A stretch of DNA of 64,000 nucleotides from Patescibacteria group bacterium (lineage in GTDB: Bacteria; Patescibacteriota; Minisyncoccia; Phycocordibacterales; PALSA-1337): assembly GCA_024654575.1 (NCBI GenBank), contig JANLHG010000005.1, forward strand, positions 65,260 through 129,259. Reading direction: 5' to 3'. Position 1 is the stretch's first letter; each line of letters starts with the position of its first letter. The notes under the pieces were generated by a model. The model did no database searches. It had not been told where the DNA came from and saw only the letters and a list, made by a program, of their open reading frames with translations. A program made the position numbers and the translations under genes. Shown here one piece after another: positions 19,294 through 28,382 of this stretch.

Positions 19294-20808
19294 ATGGAAA
19301 AAACATCTTCAGCTCAAAATAATATTGGTATTTCGCGTCCTCCAATTGTCGTCATAATGGGACATATTGATCATGGAAAATCCACCTTACTTGATTACAT
19401 AAGAAAATCAAATACAACATCTGGTGAAGCAGGAGGTATTACGCAACACTTAGGAGCTTATGAAGTAACACAAGCAAGTAAAAAAATCACCTTTTTAGAC
19501 ACCCCCGGACATGAAGCATTTTGTGGAATTAGAACTAGAGGAGCAAATGTTGCTGATTTAGCTATTTTAGTTGTGTCAGCGGAAGATGGAGTCAAAACTC
19601 AAACACTTGAAGCATTACAATGTATCAAAAGTGCTGAACTTCCATATATTGTAGCTATAAATAAAATTGACAAACCAGAAGCCAATGTGGAAAGAATAAA
19701 ACAAAACTTAGCCGAGAACGAAATATATCTTGAAGGTTATGGAGGAGACATCCCGTATGTTCCAATATCAGCCATTACAGGTGATGGAATTCCAGAGCTT
19801 CTTGATACCATACTTCTTGTCGCAGAAATGGAAGAATTAAAAGCAGAACCAAATAAACCAGCAGAAGGTTTTGTTATAGAAGCTAACCTTGATAACAAAA
19901 AAGGAGTATCCGCCACCCTTCTCATAAAAAATGGCACAATTAAAACTGGAATGTACATAGTAATCGGTGATACTTTTTCTCCAATAAGAAATATTGAAGA
20001 TTTCCAAGGTAAAAAAATAAAGGAAGCGACATTTTCAAGTCCAGTCAAAATATTAGGATTTAATAAAGTTCCCGAAGTTGGTTCATCATTCGTAACTTGT
20101 AAAACAAAAAAGGAAGCTGAAAATTTGGCAGAAAAAAATAAAATTTCTGAAATATCATCAAAAAAAGTAACCACCTCCACCGAGGGATTCGGCGAGCCAA
20201 ACAGAATAATCATTCCCATAATTATAAAAACAGATGTTACTGGTAGTATGGAAGGAGTTAAACATGAACTTAACAAAATAAAACTTGAACGGGTTGCGAT
20301 TAAAATAATTCAAGAAGGCATAGGTGATATTACTGAAAATGATATAAAAATTGCGGATGGTATGAAAGATATAATCATAATAGGATTTAATGTGTCGGTT
20401 GATTCAAAAGCTAGAACTCTAGCAGAAAGATTGGGAGTGAGTATAGAAATATTTAAAGTAATTTATAAAATAAATGAATATGTTGAAAAAATTGCTTTAG
20501 GAAGAACACCTAAAATTAAAACTGAAGAAACTACTGGTACCGCTAAAATCATAAGAGTATTTAGTAAAAATAAAGATAAACAAATACTAGGTGGAAAAGT
20601 ACAAACAGGCATACTTAATGTAGGTTCAGAAGTTAAAATAATAAGAAGAGAAACGGAAATCGCAATAGGTAAAATACGAGAACTTCAATCTCAAAAATTA
20701 AGAGTTTCAGAAGTGAAAGAAGGATTTGAATTTGGAACAATGATTGAATCTAAAATAGAAATTATGCCCGGAGATAAAATTGAGGCCTTTAAGATAATTG
20801 AAAAATAA
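19294..20808 (+). CDS. infB: Translation initiation factor IF-2 (short form)
   Basis: [33 protein letters not shown] and NKID motifs. Confidence 0.97.
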   Translation: MEKTSSAQNNIGISRPPIVVIMGHIDHGKSTLLDYIRKSNTTSGEAGGITQHLGAYEVTQASKKITFLDTPGHEAFCGIRTRGANVADLAILVVSAEDGVKTQTLEALQCIKSAELPYIVAINKIDKPEANVERIKQNLAENEIYLEGYGGDIPYVPISAITGDGIPELLDTILLVAEMEELKAEPNKPAEGFVIEANLDNKKGVSATLLIKNGTIKTGMYIVIGDTFSPIRNIEDFQGKKIKEATFSSPVKILGFNKVPEVGSSFVTCKTKKEAENLAEKNKISEISSKKVTTSTEGFGEPNRIIIPIIIKTDVTGSMEGVKHELNKIKLERVAIKIIQEGIGDITENDIKIADGMKDIIIIGFNVSVDSKARTLAERLGVSIEIFKVIYKINEYVEKIALGRTPKIKTEETTGTAKIIRVFSKNKDKQILGGKVQTGILNVGSEVKIIRRETEIAIGKIRELQSQKLRVSEVKEGFEFGTMIESKIEIMPGDKIEAFKIIEK

Positions 20809-20810
20809 TT

Positions 20811-21134
20811 ATGAAAGACATCAAAGGACTAAAAATAAAAGCTCAAATTCATGAACTTGCCTCAAAGTTTCTTCAACGAGAATCAAATCACCTCTCGCTT
20901 ATCACAGTCACGGATATTATGATAAGCAAAGATAGTAAACGAATGACTATCTTTTTTACTGTCCTTCCAGAAACAAAAGAAAAAGCAGCTTTAGATTTTA
21001 CAAAAAGAAAAAGAAGTGAATTTAGAGAATATGTTAAAAATAATTCACGAATGCAACGAATTCCCTTTTTTGATTTTGCCATAGATGGTGGTGAAAAAAA
21101 TCGACAAAAAATTGACGAGATAGCAAGATTGTAG
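20811..21134 (+). CDS. rbfA: Ribosome-binding factor A
   Basis: Follows infB; LITVT..SKD and RIP.F.F.D pattern. Confidence 0.88.
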   Translation: MKDIKGLKIKAQIHELASKFLQRESNHLSLITVTDIMISKDSKRMTIFFTVLPETKEKAALDFTKRKRSEFREYVKNNSRMQRIPFFDFAIDGGEKNRQKIDEIARL

Positions 21135-21176
21135 AATTTTGATAATATATTGAAAGGATCGTTGAAAGAGAAATAT

Positions 21177-21248
21177 GGCCATGTAGACAAGTGGTAAGTC
21201 AGCAGTCTGCAAAACTGCTATACGCGAGTTCGATTCTCGCCATGGCCT
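21177..21248 (+). tRNA. tRNA-Cys(GCA), 3' CCA not encoded
   Basis: Acceptor stem ggccatg/catggcc; loop CTGCAAA; U discriminator. Confidence 0.93.
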
Positions 21249-21317
21249 CCCTAAAACAATTTGCTAGCAAATTGTTCGGGCGAATAATTCGTCCGAAAGA
21301 CGAATTGTTTTAGCCAA

Positions 21318-21402
21318 GCCCGAGTGGTGGAACTGGTATACACGCACGACTTAAAATCGTGTCTCGTAAGGGATGTGGGTTCGATTCCCACCTCGGGCAC
21401 CA
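21318..21402 (+). tRNA. tRNA-Leu(TAA)
   Basis: Loop CTTAAAA; long variable arm; encoded CCA. Confidence 0.95.
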
Positions 21403-21433
21403 AAATAGAAAAAAGCATAATAATCTAATACAC

Positions 21434-21462
21434 TTGACACAAAGTCAAGATGGGTGTATACT
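21434..21462 (+). promoter_or_regulatory. Sigma70 promoter
   Basis: TTGACA-N17-TATACT. Confidence 0.8.
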
Positions 21463-21507
21463 AGAGAATGGTAATAGAGTTCCTTGTCATCAACCAAAAA
21501 ACTAACT

Positions 21508-21696
21508 ATGAAGAAATGTCTTCTCATCGGAGGGGTTCTAGTTGTGCTTTTGGGAGCTTTGCTCCCAAAACTCACTGAGACTCCTACTCACCAACCTCAA
21601 TCCATCAACAAAACTAGCTCCTCTGTCTCGCCTGTTGCGAAAACAGAGAAAGTGTATCGCTTCCACCTTACGGGTGTTAAAGCGGTTGCAGAATAA
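21508..21696 (+). CDS. Small hypothetical exported or membrane-anchored protein
   Basis: MKKCLLIGGVLVVLLGALL signal-like start downstream of a strong promoter. Confidence 0.5.
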   Translation: MKKCLLIGGVLVVLLGALLPKLTETPTHQPQSINKTSSSVSPVAKTEKVYRFHLTGVKAVAE

Positions 21697-21737
21697 ATAC
21701 GGAAAACAAACAGAAAATCAAGAAAGAAAAAAATAGA

Positions 21738-22817
21738 ATGAAAAAGTTAATTGCAGTACTTATCGGACTTCTTATCATCCCAGTGACATTCGCGCAGGCC
21801 GCGGATCAACTTCCGCCGACCTTGCCGATTGATTCGCCGGAAATGCTTATCGCCAACGCGAAACGGATGGTGACAAGCGTTTCGGTTTGGGTGAATTCTC
21901 AAGGGTTCATGCATGATGAAAGCACGGTCACCAGTTTCAACAAGCCGTACACGCCGTCGCTTGAAGGTCAGGCGGATTTCGCAGAAATTCTAAACATCGC
22001 CAGTTTGGCGGAGTTTAATTTCAAAACACGAAATCCGAAGGACTGGATATCACTTTCAGTCGCATTCCGCGGTGTCGTGGGAAATGAGTACGAAAAGCAG
22101 GAGATTGATCTTTTCAATGGCGGGACAGGGTTTAATCTGATTGAAAAGAATGGAACCTATTCTTTGCCGGAACCGCCATTCCTTGTGTCGGTTTATCCGA
22201 ACGGGCAGTTGCCACTTATCATTCCCGGTGCTAATGACGCTGAAGTTGCGTTTTTAGACCATCGTGGACAAACAGTGCAAACGGAATGGTTGGAACAGAT
22301 TGCTCCTGGAGTATTTTTGTTCAACCGCTACTGGGCGGGACAAAAAAATGTTCAGGTCATGGCCACAAGTTACGGCAACGATGGTCAGTCAAGCCGAGCA
22401 GTTTACAACGCTCTCACGGGAGAGCGCGAAGAAATTCGTCAAGCAAAATTGACAGCATCGGCGAGAATGGAAGAAATTGTTATTATCCCGACGGACCAGA
22501 ATACCGTCATGATAAATATGACAGACGCGCAGAGTGCGCGGTCGCTGAAAAATGGCGTGTCGCCACTCGTGCAGGTTCGGTTCACCGAGCCCAAAATGCT
22601 CGCCTTCTATGCAGAAGTCCAAGACGAAGTCGCGAATGGTTTTTGGATTCGGCGTGCCGACACAAATACCTGGGTATATTTTTCGATTACCCAGGGAGCA
22701 TTGGCTGAGGTTTCCGTTCCGGAAGCGGGTGTCTACGACATTGTGATTGACTGGCCGACATTTGGGAAGCAACAGCAGACCTTCGGGGACTACTGCTGTG
22801 GAGAAGGAAAAGGTTAG
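21738..22817 (+). CDS. Hypothetical secreted protein (GC-richer than the surrounding genes)
   Basis: Signal peptide MKKLIAVLIGLLIIPVTFAQA; beta-rich body; no family recognised. Confidence 0.8.
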   Translation: MKKLIAVLIGLLIIPVTFAQAADQLPPTLPIDSPEMLIANAKRMVTSVSVWVNSQGFMHDESTVTSFNKPYTPSLEGQADFAEILNIASLAEFNFKTRNPKDWISLSVAFRGVVGNEYEKQEIDLFNGGTGFNLIEKNGTYSLPEPPFLVSVYPNGQLPLIIPGANDAEVAFLDHRGQTVQTEWLEQIAPGVFLFNRYWAGQKNVQVMATSYGNDGQSSRAVYNALTGEREEIRQAKLTASARMEEIVIIPTDQNTVMINMTDAQSARSLKNGVSPLVQVRFTEPKMLAFYAEVQDEVANGFWIRRADTNTWVYFSITQGALAEVSVPEAGVYDIVIDWPTFGKQQQTFGDYCCGEGKG

Positions 22818-22835
22818 GTTTGGTTGATTAAACAC

Positions 22836-22881
22836 AGAGGGCGCACTTGGATTTACAAATCCTTGTGCGCCTTTTCTTTTT
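22836..22881 (+). terminator. Intrinsic terminator
   Basis: gggcgcac...gtgcgcct stem followed by a T-tract. Confidence 0.7.
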
Positions 22882-22952
22882 GAAAATCAATTTGATATTC
22901 CTTTAAAAATCTGTTACATTTTATGTTGTTGCTCTAATAGATGTTATAAATT

Positions 22953-23025
22953 GCGCCTATAGCTCAGTTGGTAGAGCAACCGCCTCTTAAGCGGTGGGTC
23001 CATGGTTCGAATCCATGTGGGCGCA
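22953..23025 (+). tRNA. tRNA-Lys(CTT), 3' CCA not encoded
   Basis: AGCTCAGTTGGTAGAGC D-arm; loop CTCTTAA; TTCGAAT T-loop. Confidence 0.95.
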
Positions 23026-23075
23026 CAGACTTTAAAAAAATATAAACTGCTTTATATTTTTTTAAAGTCTGTGCG
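23022..23075. repeat. Perfect 25-bp inverted repeat starting inside the tRNA-Lys 3' end
   Basis: cgcacagactttaaaaaaatataaa-ctgc-tttatatttttttaaagtctgtgcg. Confidence 0.9.
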
Positions 23076-23186
23076 AAGCGCAGTGATGTTTTTGTTTGAG
23101 CGAAGCGAAAGGCAAAAACCACGAGCTGGGGTCGCGAGATTTTTTCGTCAGAAAAAATACTTGTGACCACCAGTTAAAAAATATAT

Positions 23187-23270
23187 GCCGGGGTGGCGAA
23201 ATGGCAGACGCACTTGCCTTAGGAGCAAGCGGAGTAATCCATGGAGGTTCGAGTCCTCTCCCCGGCACCA
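23187..23270 (+). tRNA. tRNA-Leu(TAG)
   Basis: Loop CTTAGGA; variable arm; encoded CCA. Confidence 0.95.
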
Positions 23271-23338
23271 GAAGTAACTTGTTCGGAATTAAGAATATTG
23301 ATAATTTGATAAATTTAAATTTTGGAAGAAAAAATAAC

Positions 23339-24382
23339 ATGAACCACCAAAAATCAGAACTTTATTTTTTACTTATTCTACTTTCAGGAATTTTTGTTCT
23401 TGCCTTTTTCATTTTTAAGCCATTTTTCTATGCGTTTATATTAGCAATAGTTTTTGCGACCGTTTTTGGACCATTGCACAAAAAAATACTCACTGTAACG
23501 CGAGAAAAAAGGGGTCTGGCGGCACTCCTCGCCACTCTCTCCGTTCTCGTCGTCGTTGTTGTACCCCTCGCGTTTTTAGGCATACAGATTTTTCAGGAAG
23601 CATCGGGAATCTACTCTTCTCTTGCACAAAACAGCGACGCAACTGATCTTTCTCGCAGTATAGGCGAATACTTACAGAACCTCACCAGATTTTCTCCTGT
23701 GCCGGTAGAGACCTCTTTTGATGTTAGTCAGTACTTAAAACAGGGATTAAGTTTGTTGCTCCAACATCTTGGTCCGCTCTTTGCGAATATTGTGCAAGCA
23801 ATGTTGAGTGTTTTTATATTCCTCGTCACTCTGTATTACTTGTTTAAGGATGGCCACAAACTGAAAAGAGTCGTCGTCACTTTAAGCCCCTTGCAAGATA
23901 TCCACGATGAAACAATTTTTAATAAACTTTCCTTGGCAATTAACTCGGTCATCAGGGGAAATCTTGTAGTGGCACTTGTCCAAGGAACATTAACCGCAAT
24001 CGGGTTTGCCATTTTCGGAATTCCCAATGCGGTGCTTTGGGGTAGTATTGCGACAATAACCGCGTTAATCCCCGGCATTGGAACAGCACTGGTACTCCTT
24101 CCAGCAATTCTCTACCTATACTTCAGCGGAGCGACGCTTTCCGCGGGCGGTCTTCTTCTTTGGGGGATGACGGCAGTGGGGCTCGTTGATAACTTTTTGG
24201 GGCCAAAGCTTATTGAACGAGGAATGCGGCTCCATCCATTTCTTATTCTTCTTTCTATCCTGGGTGGTATTGGATTTTTCGGGCCTCTTGGATTCCTACT
24301 GGGACCGCTTGTTCTTAGCTTGCTATTCGCTTTTCTTGAGATTTATTTTACGATTAGAAAAAATATAAGCGAAATGAATTGA
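23339..24382 (+). CDS. AI-2E family transporter
   Basis: Multi-TM; LIPGIG, DNFLGPKLI and HPFLILLSILGG..FG.LG.LLGP motifs; start moved to ATG 23339 because the longer ORF reads through tRNA-Leu. Confidence 0.92.
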   Translation: MNHQKSELYFLLILLSGIFVLAFFIFKPFFYAFILAIVFATVFGPLHKKILTVTREKRGLAALLATLSVLVVVVVPLAFLGIQIFQEASGIYSSLAQNSDATDLSRSIGEYLQNLTRFSPVPVETSFDVSQYLKQGLSLLLQHLGPLFANIVQAMLSVFIFLVTLYYLFKDGHKLKRVVVTLSPLQDIHDETIFNKLSLAINSVIRGNLVVALVQGTLTAIGFAIFGIPNAVLWGSIATITALIPGIGTALVLLPAILYLYFSGATLSAGGLLLWGMTAVGLVDNFLGPKLIERGMRLHPFLILLSILGGIGFFGPLGFLLGPLVLSLLFAFLEIYFTIRKNISEMN

Positions 24383-24431
24383 CTTATTTTTATATATGTG
24401 ATACTGTATCATCAGTAGTAGAAAGCACATT

Positions 24432-24776
24432 ATGAAAAAAATTCTAATCGTAGAAGATGACGGGCCTATCTTGAATATCCTTTCAGAACTTCTAAAAGCC
24501 ATTGGACATGAAATCCTGACCGCTGAAAACGCGGAAAAAGGATTGGAAGTGTTTCAAAATAACAAAGACATTGATGTTGTTTTAACAGACGATGCGATGC
24601 CTGTAGAGGGCGACGGGTGTAAACTCGTCGCAAAGATACGTCATCAACTCGGTTTTCAAGGAAAAATCATCATGATGTCTGGGACGATTTGCGAAGAAAT
24701 GGCTTTGACGGTAGGAGCTAACTGCTTCTTGTCAAAACCATTTCTGCCAAAAGAGATTTTTTCCGCAGTTCAATAA
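24432..24776 (+). CDS. Single-domain response regulator receiver
   Basis: ILIVEDD, LTD..MP, SG and KPF motifs; own TTGACT-N17-TACTGT promoter. Confidence 0.92.
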   Translation: MKKILIVEDDGPILNILSELLKAIGHEILTAENAEKGLEVFQNNKDIDVVLTDDAMPVEGDGCKLVAKIRHQLGFQGKIIMMSGTICEEMALTVGANCFLSKPFLPKEIFSAVQ

Positions 24777-24899
24777 CATCCACCGATGAGGTGGAAACCA
24801 AGCCAGTTCTCACGAACTGGCTTGACTTTATTTAGTATATGTGATAGTATATAAGAGAAGCAGATTTTTGACATAAACATACCAACAGAAGGAAAAAAA

Positions 24900-25613
24900 A
24901 TGAAAGTAAAAACATCGAAACAGGTGGCAACTCCTCCTCCACTGCCACCGACGCCAGTAAATATCCCTCAACAAACAGGATCACAAGGACAACAGTCATC
25001 ACCCCCGGCAAATTTAGTAAAAACATACAAACAGGAGATAGGTTTGAGCATCTTGATTCTCCTGTTGGCGTTCTGCTTCTTCTACTTCCTGTTACCTTGG
25101 ATGAAAAACAAGGGAACTTCGGCACTGCCAAAAGTATTAGAAGTGCAAGCTGGACAAAGTCCATTACCAGCACCTTCCACCGGTAGCAATGGAACAACTT
25201 ACTACATTGTGGACCCCAAAGTTCTCGCTGAATTGATTTCTACAAATGTTGCCGGGGGAATTCATATAACACAAATTGCGACACAAACTGTAGATGGACA
25301 AAGAGCAAATGGTAGCAATACCACCAATACTACTGCTCCATCGACAACAACAACCAATTCACAGCAAGTTGAAAAGCAACCTGTGAATGTAGAAATCCAT
25401 GAACTTGCAAATTGCGGATCATTCTATGAGTTTGAGGTTCCTGACGAACAAAATGTTCGTTGGGATCAAACTGAGGGAAGCAAGATGATCGTCTATGTAG
25501 ACGGCTTCACCTACACTGGAACAGCTACGGCATTCCAGACAGGCAAAAAAATTAAGTTCGTCTCGCAGACAACCTTCCCTTTTAAGATAAGGCTACGGTT
25601 CTACGAGAAATAG
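24900..25613 (+). CDS. Hypothetical single-pass membrane protein with Pro/Thr-rich linkers
   Basis: One TM segment; low-complexity linkers; C-terminal beta domain; own promoter and terminator. Confidence 0.75.
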   Translation: MKVKTSKQVATPPPLPPTPVNIPQQTGSQGQQSSPPANLVKTYKQEIGLSILILLLAFCFFYFLLPWMKNKGTSALPKVLEVQAGQSPLPAPSTGSNGTTYYIVDPKVLAELISTNVAGGIHITQIATQTVDGQRANGSNTTNTTAPSTTTTNSQQVEKQPVNVEIHELANCGSFYEFEVPDEQNVRWDQTEGSKMIVYVDGFTYTGTATAFQTGKKIKFVSQTTFPFKIRLRFYEK

Positions 25614-25751
25614 ATCTTCGCTCATTGCTATGAGCTCACGAAAGGGATTGACTTCGGTCTCTCCCTTTTTTTATTGACTTTTTTACAGATATACTGTATT
25701 ATATAAAGAGATCGATAAACACTTTGATCCTTGAAACCTTAAAATTTACCT

Positions 25752-26630
25752 ATGAAAGTTATTACAAATCTAGTGATATGGGCTTTTACTCTTATCCTAT
25801 TGTTAGCGCTCGAAAATCACATCCTCTGGCCAACCGCCAGTCCTGTGATTAGCATCGTTGTATTGATACTTATACTGTTTGCAACACGAAAGTGGTGGTT
25901 CGTACTTACCGAAGGTAATACGGGAGTTGTGTTATTTGATCCCATGTTCAATCATCTTTCTGAAATTTCAGGTGGGTTGAGTATGAAATTGCCATGGGAG
26001 AGTATATACAAAACCATAGATACTCGCAAGGATATCTTTACAATGAAACATTTAGACGGAGAAAACTATCCGACAGCCAATGGATTCTTGCTTGAAGTAA
26101 AATGGATTGTGGTAATTTCTCCAAATATTGGCCATTTAGTCAATTTTGTGAGATTTAAACCAGAAGATGCTCAAACGCAGGTCCGTGCTCGAGTCACTGC
26201 ATTTCTCAATGCATACATAAATCAACGTAGTGATAATGAAGTGATTGGTGGTATAAAAAAAAGGTCAGTGCCCGGATTTCATACTCTACGAAACGATTTT
26301 GAAAATTTATTTAATGGACAAAATCTCCACCAGATAGAAAAAGATTATGGCATTTGGACTGGCAAACCAGAGGTGTTTGATGTAGACCGCGATGCAGAAT
26401 CGCAAAAAACACGAGCAACTAAAGGAAAAGTAGAAGCTCTTAAAGAAGCAGCTGATTTTCTAGTAGAGAGTTCTAAAGTTAAAGGTAAACCAACACTAAC
26501 ATATAAGGAGGCATTAAAAATCGCCCAAACAGAACACGAGACAAGAAAAGCTGAGAGTATTGATTTGGATGTTTCAGGATTACCAGGTGGAATCCAATCA
26601 TTCATTGTACCAATGAAGGGAAAAACTTAA
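25752..26630 (+). CDS. Divergent SPFH/band 7-like membrane protein (paralogue 1)
   Basis: Two TMs then GVV..GL.MKLPWE...IDTR...T.NG...V pattern and a helical tail. Confidence 0.6.
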   Translation: MKVITNLVIWAFTLILLLALENHILWPTASPVISIVVLILILFATRKWWFVLTEGNTGVVLFDPMFNHLSEISGGLSMKLPWESIYKTIDTRKDIFTMKHLDGENYPTANGFLLEVKWIVVISPNIGHLVNFVRFKPEDAQTQVRARVTAFLNAYINQRSDNEVIGGIKKRSVPGFHTLRNDFENLFNGQNLHQIEKDYGIWTGKPEVFDVDRDAESQKTRATKGKVEALKEAADFLVESSKVKGKPTLTYKEALKIAQTEHETRKAESIDLDVSGLPGGIQSFIVPMKGKT

Positions 26631-26720
26631 AAAACAAAGGGTAGACATTTATTTTTGATGTCTACCCTTTTATTGACACACACATAACTATATACTACTC
26701 TTTGAAATAGAAAGGTAAAC

Positions 26721-27581
26721 ATGAGACTACTAACAAACTTAATGATATGGATTCTGTCCTTTGTCATCACGGTATCTTTAGCTACTTTAATCATCCCCTC
26801 CGTTGGAGGGGCAATAATCGGTGCCATAATCTGGCTCATTGTCTTTAGCAAGACATTCAAACACTTCGTCGTGTCTGTTGGAAACAACGAGGGTTGGGTT
26901 ATTTTTGACCCACTCTTTAATATGCAACACGAACTCTCATCAGGATGGTGTTGTAAATTCTTTTGGGAAAAATTCTACGAAAAAATTGATATGAGGAAAA
27001 AAATACTTGTAGAAAATAACCCATGCGAAATATACCCAACCATCAACGGAGTAACCATTAAAATAAAATGGATAATACGCTTACAACCACTTAAAGGTTA
27101 CTTGATAAACTTCACTTCTTTTCATCAAAAAAATGTAGAAACTCAATTAAGATCAAAAATAAAAGCGTTTCTGAATGGTTATATTACCACTAGAAGTGAT
27201 GACGAAATTATTGGAGGAAAAAATAAAAATCCAAACAAAGGATTTGAAGAACTCCATAAGGCGTTCGAACTTTTATTTAATGAAAAAAAAATAAACGACT
27301 GGAAAAAGGAATGTGGTATTTGGACTGGTATACCGGACCTTTACGATGCTGATCGTGATGTTGAGGCACAAAAAGCATTGGCAACCAAGCAACTGGCGCT
27401 TGCTCTCGAGGAGACAGCTAAAGCTTTAGTAGAGGCATCTAAAGTAAACAACATTGCCACTATAACCTTTGAAAATGCTTTTGAAAAAGCAATGATTCTT
27501 AATAAATCCACAGCATCTTCAACGGTCAGGTATGAAGGATTACCGCAAGATGCAAAAACACTCATAGTTGGACAAAAATAA
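26721..27581 (+). CDS. Divergent SPFH/band 7-like membrane protein (paralogue 2)
   Basis: Colinear with 25752-26630 (FDP.FN, YPT.NG, RSD.E.IGG, GIWTG.P, D.DRD.E.QK, GLP). Confidence 0.6.
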   Translation: MRLLTNLMIWILSFVITVSLATLIIPSVGGAIIGAIIWLIVFSKTFKHFVVSVGNNEGWVIFDPLFNMQHELSSGWCCKFFWEKFYEKIDMRKKILVENNPCEIYPTINGVTIKIKWIIRLQPLKGYLINFTSFHQKNVETQLRSKIKAFLNGYITTRSDDEIIGGKNKNPNKGFEELHKAFELLFNEKKINDWKKECGIWTGIPDLYDADRDVEAQKALATKQLALALEETAKALVEASKVNNIATITFENAFEKAMILNKSTASSTVRYEGLPQDAKTLIVGQK

Positions 27582-27590
27582 AGAAAAACA

Positions 27591-27620
27591 AAAAGGTGTC
27601 GCACAAAGCGACGCCTTTTA
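27591..27620 (+). terminator. Intrinsic, probably bidirectional, terminator
   Basis: aaaaggtgtcgc-acaaa-gcgacgcctttt. Confidence 0.75.
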
Positions 27621-27642
27621 TTTATCCCGCCTTGGCGGGATT
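27616..27642. repeat. 27-bp direct repeat, copy 1, with palindromic core ATCCCGCC-TT-GGCGGGAT
   Basis: ttttatttatcccgccttggcgggatt; differs from 28280-28306 at one base. Confidence 0.9.
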
Positions 27643-27899
27643 TATACCCCGATAGTTCCTTTAATTATATTAATTATCCCATAAGCACCAAACATAATAA
27701 CCATACCAACAAGTCCCCAGAGAATATGCTGACTACCTGTCACCCTAGCAGTCGGGTCATTTGATTTTACAAAATACTCAAAAACACCATAAAGAAAGAA
27801 AATGAGAGCTAAAGCAAACATCAAGCCAATTGCCGGATTGACTATGTAGTCAGCAATTTTTGTTAAAACTTGAGTAATAGCTGGATTTTCTTTAGACAC
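27642..27899 (-). CDS. VirB2/TrbC-like pilin (T4SS-pilin family)
   Basis: Two TMs joined by a charged loop; ILWGLVG motif. Confidence 0.75.
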   Translation of the reverse strand: MSKENPAITQVLTKIADYIVNPAIGLMFALALIFFLYGVFEYFVKSNDPTARVTGSQHILWGLVGMVIMFGAYGIINIIKGTIGV

Positions 27900-28279
27900 T
27901 AAATAGTTTGATTAATTCTTAATACATTAGGAATTTGATTTTGGTCAACAATATTATTCAAACCAAATGTTTGAACTAAGATATTTACCAATCCCCAAAT
28001 GGAAAGAATAACAAACAAACCTATCACTCCCCATTTTATATGGCTCTTACCAACTTCTTTATCATCTTCATTACCTGCAACTACATATTTTACGATTGCG
28101 TATATAAGCCAAACTACTGCAACAGAAATAAGTATAGGAATAATGGCGTTAAGAATAGTATTAACCTTTCCAAATAAACTATTTGCATCAAGAACACGAC
28201 TATAGGTAGGTACTACCTGTTGAGCGAAAGCTATGATAGGTAAAACAAACAAAGAAACTGCCGTGATTATTTTTTTCAT
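27899..28279 (-). CDS. VirB2/TrbC-like pilin with signal peptide
   Basis: Signal peptide ending AFA; KYV.AG....GK..I.WGVIGLFVI.SIWGLVN. Confidence 0.8.
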   Translation of the reverse strand: MKKIITAVSLFVLPIIAFAQQVVPTYSRVLDANSLFGKVNTILNAIIPILISVAVVWLIYAIVKYVVAGNEDDKEVGKSHIKWGVIGLFVILSIWGLVNILVQTFGLNNIVDQNQIPNVLRINQTI

Positions 28280-28306
28280 TTTTATTTATCCCGCCTTGGC
28301 GAGATT
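28280..28306. repeat. 27-bp direct repeat, copy 2
   Basis: ttttatttatcccgccttggcgagatt. Confidence 0.9.
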
Positions 28307-28382
28307 GATTACTAATAATTAATAAATTACTTATTTTCATTATACCAACACCTAATTATATAACAATAGCGAGGTGTGGATA

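Noticed and set aside
23096-23338. N-terminal extension of the AI-2E ORF
   Set aside because: It reads through the structured spacer and tRNA-Leu; the real start is ATG 23339
21177-27620. Prophage or integron at the tRNA cluster
   Set aside because: No integrase, phage genes, duplicated tRNA 3' end or attC-like sites were found
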